NCBI GenBank assembly: GCA_951406725.2
Contig: OX597820.1
Coordinates: 19,654,001-19,718,000 of the forward strand
DNA length: 64,000 nt
From: Octopus vulgaris
Taxonomy: Eukaryota
Direction: 5' to 3'
Position numbers and translations under genes: made by a program. The notes beneath the pieces are model-generated. The model did not search any database. It was not told the DNA's origin and was given only the letters and a program-made list of their open reading frames with translations. Of this stretch, positions 51,801 to 62,475 are shown piece after piece (within the stretch, counting starts at the first letter, position 1; each line of letters begins with the position of its first letter).

Positions 51801-53623
51801 AAAAAAATGTTCCTTCAGATACTCAAGACAGATTGAAGATAAAGCACTATTACATCTTAATAACTCTATCTGCTGTGTTGACAGGCTTGCACTTAAAATT
51901 CCCACATTTTTAATCAAAACTTATTAGTTACTATGGCGACAACACTACTTATCTATTTTCCCTCCTCTCTCTCCCCCTCCCTCTCGATTATATATAAATA
52001 TATTTCTCTCTCAACAACTTTTTCTCCTCCTCTTCTTATCTCTGTTGCAAAATTTGTTGTGACGGACGGACAGAGATCAGTTTGTCTTTTATAGTATAGG
52101 ACTTGTAATGACATAAATGTCAGGCAGTGTCATGTCTCATCACAAGCAAATGTATAAAACTTGCCATTACGAGGATGCTTCTTTTTATTTTTTATTGAAG
52201 ACAATAGAAAGTGCTTGCTATGAATCTACATTTTGTGTTGCGGGTGTAAATATTTTGACTTTGTAAAGGATTTAACCTAATCTGAGACACAAAATGTAAT
52301 AGAGACATGATGAAGGATTTCTCTGTGACTGGACTGTCACAGTCCAAACTAGGAGTTCCACCTGTTGGTTTATGCAGTCTTGGATTTCCCCTTGTTTGGA
52401 GGATTTGAGAAAGAATGCGCAAGATTGTATTAAAAGAACGGGGTGAATGTGAAGATTTGATGTAGACACAAAATATTGACTCTTAAAATAGAACTTTATT
52501 CTGCCATCAATGATGCTTTTTTTTTTGTTGTTGTTTTCTTTTTACATCTTTTTAATGTTACATACCTAAATGGGATGTGGCAGGAGGCTTTATGCTCAAC
52601 ATGCTAGAAATAGCAACTACATATCTGTCTCACAGAAAAGAAGGAATACATCATGGTAATCCTAGATGTTTATAGAAACATAAAAGATGCATTCAAGTGT
52701 CCATCGTTGACAAAACCAAGGAAGGTCAAAATTGTGTGACCTGGGGGTAGTGGGGATTTATCTCTTGGCTAGCAATTTAAGCAAGAATGCATTTTGAAAC
52801 CAAATGTCAGTATGAGAGTTTCTCTCGCGGTATCTACCACAGTATAGTTTGTTCTAACAGAACATCTACGTTTATGTGGGGGGATAAAAAGACATGTTGG
52901 TCAGGGTTGACTCTGATCTAAATAACAACTACTAACCTTAAAAATATTATTCAGTTATACACAGAATGACCACGGCTTGAAAACTAACCAAATAATAGAA
53001 TTTTAATCGTACCAGTCTTACTTGGTTTGTGAGCAATCACAAAGTTTGACCGTAATTGAATACTATTATAAAATAACAACCATTGTAAAAGTCTTGACTG
53101 TAATCTTTTAAAAGCAAGAGCTTACATATCTGTATTTCAACATTCTAAATAACGTTACTGGTTAATGGAATCAGTTGATTTCTCTTTCACCTGCTGCGTC
53201 TTTATGGTTTTATATTTAAAAAAAATATATGTATATGTTCATATCCTTTGAGACCTTGTTGCAATTAAAGAATTTTACCTTGAAGAGAATTAACAAAGGT
53301 TATAACGAGGAATGTGACCAAAGCAAATTCAATGACTCTCTTCGTTGACAGAACATTGACAAGAATAATAACTAGTATATTCAAATATTCTTCCATTAGT
53401 CTGTAATGGTTCATCTTATCTGTGGCCATATCCAGCCTGAATATTCTGTCTGTTTTATGTTCAAATCAGCCTGTTACACCTACTCTACAATGCCATTCTA
53501 AAAAATAAATCTTGGAAATCTCGAAGCTACATGATAATGCATGCTTACTCCAAAACAATGTGAATAATAGTCATTACATTTGGTGGAATAATCTGGTTAC
53601 TAAAGGGTTAAACCACAATTTTC

Positions 53624-54045
53624 AGATCTTTTCGGTTTGAACGGCAGTTTTTTTCTAGCGGTGTCATATGAAATTGTCACCCATAATTATGACTCTAGTA
53701 TCGATCTATTGCATTTCAATCTGTTTTAGGGTTAGGGTTAGTTAGGGGTGAGGGGAAGGGTATATTTTTTTTCTTCAGAAATGTAAATAAACCCAATCTG
53801 TTTCTTAAACGAGGGACATATTCATACGGCACAATGATTTTTACATCAATGGACGTCATCGATTGGTTGAAATTGCAGAAATTGAAGAAAAAAAAACAAC
53901 AAATATCTTACAAACTATAGGATTTTCACAATAAGGCCAAGAGAAAAAGATGTTTTATAAACACATTCTACCAGTATACGAAGTCTAAAATTTTTTAGTT
54001 ACCTAGAAATTATGTTAAAAACTGCCGTTCAAACCGAAAAAATCC
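53624..54045. mobile_element. Non-autonomous DNA transposon with ~28-bp TIRs and 8-bp TSD (Merlin-like)
   Basis: TIRs AGATCTTTTCGGTTTGAACGGCAGTTTTT and AAAAACTGCCGTTCAAACCGAAAAAATCC; TSD CAATTTTC at 53616-23 and 54046-53; internal TTAGGG tract. The superfamily is inferred from GG-type ends plus an 8-bp TSD. Confidence 0.8.
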
Positions 54046-54171
54046 CAATTTTCTACTGGTAAAGAGAACTGACCAGGTTTATAGCAAGTTATTGTCCATT
54101 ATTGGTGAGAATAAAAACCTCAGCAACTATTCCGTTTATATGTTTATACATCTTTCTCCTTCTTTTTTCAG

Positions 54172-54656
54172 GTGCAGAAAACATTGGTCGGTCACCTGGC
54201 TCTAATGACCTATCAAGGACTCCATCAACGACAGTGGGCCCCCCTACCACACAAACTCTCCCTGTTCCCTCACAGACTCAATGTACAAACTCTGGTGCAC
54301 CCCAACCACTGTCAGTTGGCAACAGCTCCAAAGCTGCCCAGCCCAACTGCCCTAATCCTCAGGGACAGGTACATCCTCAAATCGCACCACAATGTGGTCC
54401 AGGACAAGGCCCGCCTTTGGGCCAAACACCCCCACAACAATCTCCTGGAATGCCCCATCCAAGTATGGTTTCTCCCAACCATCAACAGCATCAGTCAACA
54501 GGTCCAATTGATGCACATTTTATGCAGCAACATAGTCAAATATTTGTTTTTAATACCAGTTTAGCAAATCAAGCTGCAGATTCTTACCGCCAAGGTCAAC
54601 ACAAATCCATTTTAGCATTTCATATGGATCAACCAAGAACAAAGCAATTTTTACAG
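54172..54656 (+). CDS. BCL9: BCL9/legless internal exon encoding HD1 (Pygopus-binding domain)
   Basis: Strong polypyrimidine acceptor TTCTTTTTTCAG and donor CAG|GTAAGT; enters in phase 1, leaves in phase 0. Encodes QIFVFNTSLANQAADSYRQGQHKSILAFH (54537-54623), matching the BCL9 HD1 pattern (vertebrate VYVFSTEMANKAAEAVLKGQVETIVSFH). Confidence 0.93.
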
Positions 54657-54899
54657 GTAAGTAATGTTCGTTAAATACCTGAAAAGGCATTATTATTGTT
54701 GACAAGAATTATGCTGTTTGGATTATTATCTCCCATCTTTAGTATTGGAAATATGTCTTAAATGCTTTAGATCTCCACATACACACATACATCCATGGAT
54801 AAGACACCTAATGGCAATATATACACATACATCCATGGATAAGACACCTAATGGCAATCAATGATCAAACTGATTAAAGCATAGCGTAGAGATAGATTT

Positions 54900-55125
54900 T
54901 TTCATTTTTGGATTTGGTTTGCAAGATTCTTTATATGAGTTTGTGTGTTGAAGCATATTCTGTTGTGTCTGGGGGAGAGTCATTTTCTTTTTGTGCCTTA
55001 TTATGTAACACACTCATCTTGCAACCTTTTCAGTAGTTTATTGAAAAGGTTGCAAGACGCAACGAAAATTTTAGGATAATAAAAATAAGAAAAATGTGGA
55101 AATTTTACTGGTGAGTGTGTTACAT
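54900..55125. mobile_element. Penelope-like terminal repeat remnant
   Basis: Same family as 42712-42935, in opposite orientation. Confidence 0.55.
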
Positions 55126-56963
55126 AGTAGAGATAAATGTTTTTAAATAAAATTTACATTTTTGATCAATGAAGTTGTATAAAAATATTTTGTTTTTATT
55201 TCTGTTTCATTCTTTCTCATTTTCTTTATCACTTCTATTTGTCACTCATGCACACACATATGAAATTTAGTTTCATTATTAATAAGAATTGGTAAGATTT
55301 GAGTCAAACTTTTACGTTAGAGACCCCTAAGATTAATTTCTTGATTTTCTTTTGGATTCACATACTGCAATTTTAATTGAGAAGTGTGTAGAGGACTTGT
55401 ACAACCCTCGGTCAACTCTGATCCTACAGACTTCTAATCAAAGGCACTATTCTACCTTTTACTTAGTATATGTTTAGCTAAATATACTTACTTTCTTAAG
55501 ACAGCCAAAGGGTTCAGAGGAAGAATTGACTGCTGTTTCTAGCAGATCAAATAACTCTGTAGAACAGTGGTTCTCACCTTGATCCATATGGCCCTTAAGG
55601 GTCCATATAAGATTTTGTTGTTAAAGTTTATATGCAATAAAATAGTTACACTTCTACAATACACAAAATATTTAATTTTTTTTTACTAATTACTATTAAT
55701 ATTTCATTAAAGAAATTTTAATAGGATTTCTTTTATTCTTCTATTCTTTTACTTGTTTCAGTCATTTGACTGCGGCCATGCTGGAGCACTGCCTTTAGTC
55801 GAGCAAATCGACTCCTGAGCTTATTCTTTGTAAGCCTAGTACTTATTCTATCGGTCTCTTTTACCGAACCGCTAAGTTACAGGGACGTAAATACACCAAC
55901 ATTCGTTGTCAAGCGATGGGGGGGGGGGGCAAACATATACACTTACATATATATATATGTAAGATATTATATATATATATATATATATACACACACATGC
56001 CTAATACTTTGCTTAGCTTAAAACTAGGTTTTAACAATTTGGCATTTTAACTGACCATATCCAGCCCAAATATTCTACTTATTTTATGCTCAAACCAGCC
56101 AGATCCAGCCTCTCACACATACCCTACAGTATCACAATAAAAATAAACAATCACTCCATTGAAATCTCAAAGCTTTGAGATAATGAATAATGAATAAATA
56201 AACAAAACAATGTGACTAGATAAACATTACATTTGACAGTAATCAGAATGTTGAAGAGTTAAACCTTAATTAATTAATTAATTAATGCCAATTTGCTAAT
56301 TGATTCTCACAGTTTACTCTACACAATCTTATATCAGTTTGTCAAACATGCAGGGCTTTTGTTTTTGTTTATTTATCCCCCCAATCTGAGGCCTGTAACC
56401 AAATCTTTGATTGGTCATTCCCATACATCAGTGACATTAAGAACATCGTCAATGCTAGCACAAATTGTTCTTTCTGTATTCCATACTCTGATGTTGGATC
56501 TCGGTGACTTTCACTAAATGCAATCTATGTCTGTTAGTGTCCTGTTTCTGCAAGAATTTGAACTCCGTGCTGCAGTTGAGCAAAACGCACTTCAATCCTC
56601 TTCTTGCTGCTTACAATATTTTAGGGGTTAAAGGTTCTTAACCCTTTTTGCTACCATATTTTTGTTGAGATACTTCCTGTTTATTTCAATTAATTTTAAA
56701 TATAATAAAGAATTTGGTAAAATAACTTTGTTATTATCAAGTGTTGTGGATAAATGGATGACTAATTAATTATCTATAATAATTCCTAAATCATCTACAT
56801 TGACGTGTTTATTTAGTAAGAGAAATATATCCATTAAAACGTGATAAATTCTTTAAAAGACATCTTTAAACTGAAAAATTCAATTATCATCATCATTGAA
56901 CTCTTTTGTTATTATATTTCTGTTGAGACACTTTGTGTTTATTGAAATTAATTTTAAATATAA

Positions 56964-57358
56964 CTAGCAGTATTACTTGGCATTGCTCAGGTTTGTTTCG
57001 ACCATTTAGAATTAGAATTTTTGAAAAGTAAAAATTTTGCATTATGTAGTTTGTTTATTCTCTTTAAGTGAACATTTTTCTGATTGAAATACACCGAAAA
57101 ATGGCGACACAGCAGTAAAAAAATCGTAAAAAAATAGGGATTTTCATAGAAAAAAAAGCACCTTTTTTATGGAAATAATTTTTGGTGTTAACATGATTCA
57201 ATTTGAATTTTTTCTTCTACGGAAGGAAGAGCAAGCCTTCTTCTATCATACTCTCAATTTTGGTCAACTTGCGCCGCAGAGTCTCAGAGGAGATAGTGTT
57301 AGTTGAAGGCTACCAAACCTGCCATACACAGACAACTTCAGCTTTATATAGAGAGAGA
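56964..57358 (-). mobile_element. Non-autonomous Helitron nested in a TTAA MITE (about 56896-57520)
   Basis: Reverse-strand TC...CTAG termini similar to the 10137-10523 element; host MITE sequence resumes on both sides. Confidence 0.75.
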
Positions 57359-57820
57359 TGAAGAATTTGATAAAAATAACTTTATCATCAAGCTAATGTT
57401 AGGAACATAAATTAAGACTAAGGTTTGGTGGAAGATTTTGATTCTAAACTTTTGAAAACGAGGCATTTGTAATACAGAGCCAGGACCAGTCTCTAGTGGG
57501 TTGATCTCAAAAAGGGTTAATGTATATACATGATTATATGTCATCATTTAACATCTGTTTTCCATGCTGGCATGGGTTGGATGGTTTGACAATGGTTTTG
57601 GCCTGAGTTTTAGGCTGGATGCCCTTCCTAATGCCAACCACTTATCAGAGTGTACTGGTTGCATTTTACGTAGCACCATAAGTCGCAAGACAAAGTTCCC
57701 TCCACTGGGGGGGGGGGGGGTTGAGTGGGGGTGGCTTTGTGTCAGATGATGGGAAGTCAAACTATGATAGAGGGGGAGAAACGGGTAACTAGCTGCAGAC
57801 AAGATACATGGTTACCCAGT

Positions 57821-57853
<33 letters not shown>

Positions 57854-57915
57854 TAAGATGATTGTTTTTTTAATTATGTAAATACATACTGATTTTGTTT
57901 GTATGTCTTTTTCAG

Positions 57916-60900
57916 AAATTTCCTCCAAAAGGCAACCAATTTAACAGACCTCCAGGCGGAATGAACATGTATAATATGGCGAATATGCACCAACAAAACA
58001 TGGGTTGTATAAAGAATACAAACATGAACAATATGGGGCCCAGCCCTAATTCAGTAGTAGCTCAGTGGGTGCAACAACAGAATGCTAACCTCCAGGAGCA
58101 AGAATTCCTTAATTACTCAAACAACCCAAATATGATGGGTCAAGGTCAAGGTGGAATGATGCCTTGGCAGGTTCCACCAGGTCATTCTTCACAGGGACAG
58201 GTGGGAATGTTACCGGATAATGCAGGGTTTGATCCAGAGCCCTACCGCATGTGTAGTAAAGGTCTTCCTCTCCCACATCGAAATTTACTGCAAGCAAAAG
58301 TTCCTGATGACAAACTCACTCCGGAACAACTGCAGAAGAGAGAGGAATCATTAGCTTCCCTTCAGAAATTGCAGCTGTTATTATTTCCTGAAGAACTAAA
58401 GCAGCAGAGAGGTTTCCCTCCCGGGGCTAACATGATACCCCCGGAGGGAATGCAGCATCCTCCAAATATGTTCCCTCTAAGCATGTCTCCGCATGAGATG
58501 TCACCGCAGTCAGCTATGATGCAACAACAGCAGCAGCAGCAACAGCAGCAGCAGCAACAACAACAACAGCAACAACAGCAGCAGCAACAGGGACTTATGC
58601 CACAGCAACCTCTCCCGTCGCAGCACATGATGCAGCACCACCAGTTTATGATGCAACAGCAGAATATGCCGCCGCAGTTTAGCCCTCAACCGGGCAACAT
58701 AGAAAACATTACGACGGCGCAGCGGGAATGGGTTCGCTTACAGCAGGAATTTTATGCTGAGAAAAGAAGAATGCAGCACATGCAAATGGCTCAACAGATG
58801 AACCCTGGTATGGAAATGCCCCCTAATTCAATGCATGCGTCCCCCCCTTCGTATTACAGTTCCATCTCACAAAAACGACAAGGAGTCGCTGGTTTAAATG
58901 CATCTACCTCACCTAACATGAATGGACCAATGCTGTCTCCCCCTCTATCTGGCCACGGCCATCCTGAATCTCCTGATCCTATGCATTTATTCCCTGGTCC
59001 TCGACGGGCCCCTTCATTGAGCTCCCTAGAGCAGGCTGGACTTGGAAGAATGGGTCACGGCTTTTCTCCTGGGCTTCCACCAACTGGAAATATGGAGCAC
59101 CCTGTGGGTCACGTGTCTCCAGTTGGCCTAAACTCGCAATTTAACATGCCTCCTTCGGCTAAACAAAATTCAAATCTGACCCTACAGAGAGCTGGTAACC
59201 CAGAACAGTTTCAGCCTGAAATGAATGCCCCTCCAAATTCCGGTAGCAAACCTCCTCCTAGCTATGCACAGTCAACAAAACGAAAACGGGAAGACATGGA
59301 TGAGATTTACAAGAACCTGCAACCGACTCCATCACCTCAACAGCTAAATTACCTCAACGCATTTGAAGGACAGGAATTAACGATAACAAAACAATTAAAT
59401 ACAGCATATCGAGAACCAAACCAAACAGGAAATTCACAACAACCACCAACACAACAACAACAACAACAGCAACAACAACAACAACAGCAGCAACAACAAC
59501 CACCATCACAGCAGCAACAACAACCATCACAACAGCCACAAGCAGGTATACCGCCACACCCACATCAACAACCAGGTGGTATGCCTCCTCATCAGCAAGC
59601 ACCACAACAAACGCAGCAGCAGCAGCAACCGCAAGCAAATATTCCTCCACAGGCAAACATGCCACCCCATCAACCAGGCATGCCTCCCCATCCTCATCCT
59701 CCTCAGCAACAGCAGCAACAACAACAACCAGGTATGCCCCCACATCCAACATCACAACAACCAGGTATGCCATCCCACCACCAACCACATCCAAACATGC
59801 CCCCTCATCAACATCATTCTGGTTTACCGTCACACCCATCGCCTATGTCTTCTCAAGCACCGCAGTCTAGTATGGCCTCGCATCACCCTCAACCCCCGGG
59901 TATGTCCCCACATCCACAGCCACCATCCAATATGGCCACTCATCAGTCAGCGATGAACTCCCATCAGAACAGTATACCTCCACATCCACAACCACCCACG
60001 GTGTCCGCACCACATCATCAACCTGGCGTATCGCCACATCACCCTTCAGTCGGTCTGCCGCAACATCAACAGCCACAAGCTGGTGTCGCTACTGCTGCTC
60101 CACCTCATCCACAACAACATCCACCCGGAGTCCCCCACCAACCAGGTGTACCACCCCATCAACAGTCAAGTATGAGCAACCAAGGAATTAGTTCCCAGCA
60201 AACCACGTCATCACAACCGCAGGGAACGTCTCAACAGCAGAACATGCATTCTCAAGCGCAAGCTATGCCTCCACATGGCATGTCACCCCAACAGGGCATA
60301 CCCCCACATGGCATGTCGCCTCAAGGTATGCCTCCACACGGTATGTCACCACAGCAGGGCATACCTCCACACGGTATGTCACCACAGCAAGGCATACCTC
60401 CACATGGTATGTCACCACAGCAGGGCTTACCTCCACATGGTATGTCACCCCAACAAGGCATGCCTCCACATGGTATGTCGCCCCAGCAGGGCATGCCTCC
60501 TGGCATGTCGCCTCAGCAAGGCTTGCCTCCACATGGTATGTCACCTCAACAGGGAATACCGCCACACGGAATGTCTCCACAGCAAGGCATACCTCCACAT
60601 GGTATCAGTCAGAGCATGGCATCTCAACAACATGGCATTCCCCCTCATGCTATCCCTCCACAGCAACCAGGCATGCCTACTGAAACTCAGAGTGGTAACT
60701 TTCCTCATAACCAAGTCAACTCTCCAATGCATATAGCACCAGGCTCCAACAAAGGCCCCATGTCCAATTCCAGCCAATCTTCCAGCGTTGGTCCTTTGTC
60801 CAGTCCCGGTCCGATGTCTGGACCCTCACCAATGTCCAGTGGTGGGATGCGTTTGTCTCATTATGATCCACCCTCAATAAACTGTAGCTCGAACATATCA

Positions 60901-62475
60901 ACTGGGGGCACCAGTACATCCAGCAGCGTGTGTTCTGCTGCTGGTAACAAATCTGGCAACATGACGAATATCACTTCGGCCAGCCTAGCAAACCTTGCAA
61001 AGGGTGTTGAACACTTGTCACATCAGATGCAGCAAAACATGATGCAAGGGGGTCCATTTCATAGCATACAGATACAAGGTAATGTTAGCAACCAACAGAA
61101 TTCTACAAGCACCTCACAGCCATCTACTCCATCTAATCTACCTACTTCTCAAAGCCAGTGTAACAGCCCGATGCCAGCAAACGCAGCCGTGCGCCCAGGA
61201 CAGGGTTCTGTGACGCCAGATACAATGGCACAAGGTCAGATGCCTGGAGTTAATAACACTTTCATTAATGCTAATATGCAGATACAACAGCTGAATATAC
61301 AATCTGTTGATGGGCCTAGCTATAGTCCTTCTATGCAGGTCCAGCAAGTTCCTAATGAATCTTCCCAAATGAACATGGGACAAGTATCTGCGCAGAGGTC
61401 GTCGGGGCCTCTGCCACCACAACAAGGTTGTGCTGGTCCAGTTCCAACATCTGTGAACCCTAATGCAGGAATGTTACCAAATGCCGGTGGGCACCCTCCC
61501 ACAAGCAAACAATCGAACTCCAAGTCAGGGAACCCTCCAAACCTCATGATCAACTCAAATTCACGCATGACACATTCACCAAACTTTCCTGCAAATTCTG
61601 TTGGCAATGCCAATATCCAAATCCAAGCTAAAGCCCCCAACACCATCCAATATCTGCCAGCACAACCTGTTCAGAATTCACAGAATATGAATACTAAACA
61701 GCAACGGCCGGATTTAGACTTCATGCAAAAGCTGGCCTCACCTGGTCACACTTTAGACTGTAAACCACCTCAGAATAAAATGCCACGTTTTTCAGGACCT
61801 TCTTTAGGAGAAATAAGACCTGGTATGCCCAACCATTCTCTTGGTATGCCTCCATCCCTAATGATGCAGAACCCTAATCCCAACATGGTTGGTAATATGC
61901 CCAGTGGTGGTATGGCCAGTCCAGTGCATATGTCTCCCATGAACAATCCAATGGGAGCTCTTCCTGGTAACATGGGTCCTTGTGATATGATAGCCCCTGG
62001 AATGGGTGGACCCATGCCCAATATGGGCGCAATGAATGGTATGAATCCTGGTGGGGGTAATGTATGTGGAGGAATGCCTCCTCATGGCATGGAAGGCAGT
62101 ATGCCTCCCCATGGCATGCCCCATCAGTTTAACCCCCAGATGATGGGTGGAGGTCCACCTGGTATGATGAACAATGGAATGATGCAGGGGCAACAAATAA
62201 TGCAAGGTCATGGTATGCATCCAGCCATGTCTATGCAAGGAATGCCTCACCCAGCCATGCAGCGAGGCCCACGTATGACTGCGCCACCAAATGGCCCACC
62301 ACAGGGGCCAGGATCAAATCCTGTTAGCCCTGGTTTTAGCCAACAATTTCAACAATTTCAGCAACAGCTTTACTCACAAAACCGCCCACGTCAAATGTCC
62401 CCAATGGGTAACATGATGCCCAGCCCTGGCCAGCAGTACATGGGCGTAATGCCTAATATGCCTGGTCCCACTTGA
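57916..62475 (+). CDS. BCL9: BCL9/legless ortholog, terminal coding exon (HD2, HD3, Q/P/H/M-rich low-complexity region)
   Basis: 4560-nt open frame after acceptor TCTTTTTCAG (AG 57914-15), phase 0, ending in TGA at 62473-75. Contains the HD2 beta-catenin-binding motif VPDDKLTPEQLQKREESLASLQKLQLLLFPE (58300-58392) and HD3 ENITTAQREWVRLQQEFYAEKRR (58702-58770). Confidence 0.95.
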   Translation, partial: KFPPKGNQFNRPPGGMNMYNMANMHQQNMGCIKNTNMNNMGPSPNSVVAQWVQQQNANLQEQEFLNYSNNPNMMGQGQGGMMPWQVPPGHSSQGQVGMLPDNAGFDPEPYRMCSKGLPLPHRNLLQAKVPDDKLTPEQLQKREESLASLQKLQLLLFPEELKQQRGFPPGANMIPPEGMQHPPNMFPLSMSPHEMSPQSAMMQQQQQQQQQQQQQQQQQQQQQQQGLMPQQPLPSQHMMQHHQFMMQQQNMPPQFSPQPGNIENITTAQREWVRLQQEFYAEKRRMQHMQMAQQMNPGMEMPPNSMHASPPSYYSSISQKRQGVAGLNASTSPNMNGPMLSPPLSGHGHPESPDPMHLFPGPRRAPSLSSLEQAGLGRMGHGFSPGLPPTGNMEHPVGHVSPVGLNSQFNMPPSAKQNSNLTLQRAGNPEQFQPEMNAPPNSGSKPPPSYAQSTKRKREDMDEIYKNLQPTPSPQQLNYLNAFEGQELTITKQLNTAYREPNQTGNSQQPPTQQQQQQQQQQQQQQQQPPSQQQQQPSQQPQAGIPPHPHQQPGGMPPHQQAPQQTQQQQQPQANIPPQANMPPHQPGMPPHPHPPQQQQQQQQPGMPPHPTSQQPGMPSHHQPHPNMPPHQHHSGLPSHPSPMSSQAPQSSMASHHPQPPGMSPHPQPPSNMATHQSAMNSHQNSIPPHPQPPTVSAPHHQPGVSPHHPSVGLPQHQQPQAGVATAAPPHPQQHPPGVPHQPGVPPHQQSSMSNQGISSQQTTSSQPQGTSQQQNMHSQAQAMPPHGMSPQQGIPPHGMSPQGMPPHGMSPQQGIPPHGMSPQQGIPPHGMSPQQGLPPHGMSPQQGMPPHGMSPQQGMPPGMSPQQGLPPHGMSPQQGIPPHGMSPQQGIPPHGISQSMASQQHGIPPHAIPPQQPGMPTETQSGNFPHNQVNSPMHIAPGSNKGPMSNSSQSSSVGPLSSPGPMSGPSPMSSGGMRLSHYDPPSINCSSNISTGGTSTSSSVCSAAGNKSGNMTNITSASLANLAKGVEHLSHQMQQNMMQGGPFHSIQIQGNVSNQQNSTSTSQPSTPSNLPTSQSQCNSPMPANAAVRPGQGSVTPDTMAQGQMPGVNNTFINANMQIQQLNIQSVDGPSYSPSMQVQQVPNESSQMNMGQVSAQRSSGPLPPQQGCAGPVPTSVNPNAGMLPNAGGHPPTSKQSNSKSGNPPNLMINSNSRMTHSPNFPANSVGNANIQIQAKAPNTIQYLPAQPVQNSQNMNTKQQRPDLDFMQKLASPGHTLDCKPPQNKMPRFSGPSLGEIRPGMPNHSLGMPPSLMMQNPNPNMVGNMPSGGMASPVHMSPMNNPMGALPGNMGPCDMIAPGMGGPMPNMGAMNGMNPGGGNVCGGMPPHGMEGSMPPHGMPHQFNPQMMGGGPPGMMNNGMMQGQQIMQGHGMHPAMSMQGMPHPAMQRGPRMTAPPNGPPQGPGSNPVSPGFSQQFQQFQQQLYSQNRPRQMSPMGNMMPSPGQQYMGVMPNMPGPT
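58522..58590 (+). repeat. Coding CAG/CAA repeat, polyQ (23 Q)
   Basis: 69 nt of mixed CAA/CAG codons in the BCL9 frame. Confidence 0.95.
60265..60612 (+). repeat. Coding 33-nt tandem repeat, [MIL]PPHGMSPQQG x10 plus a partial unit
   Basis: Visible directly in the translation; units differ mostly at synonymous positions. Confidence 0.95.

Noticed and set aside
53724-53760. TTAGGG repeats as an interstitial telomere
   Set aside because: Only a few units, and they lie inside a TIR/TSD-bounded transposon.
54776-54858. Two-copy ~40-bp tandem duplication
   Set aside because: Ordinary slippage duplication seeded by a (CA/TA) microsatellite.
57895-57915. ORF-track start of the 1526-aa ORF (likewise starts at 54102, 35888 and 27911)
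   Set aside because: These starts lie in intronic sequence upstream of the splice acceptors; the exons begin after the AG.
58109-62250. Multiple antisense and alternate-frame ORFs overlapping the large BCL9 exon
   Set aside because: Shadows of the low-complexity Q/P/G/M coding sequence, with no independent signal.
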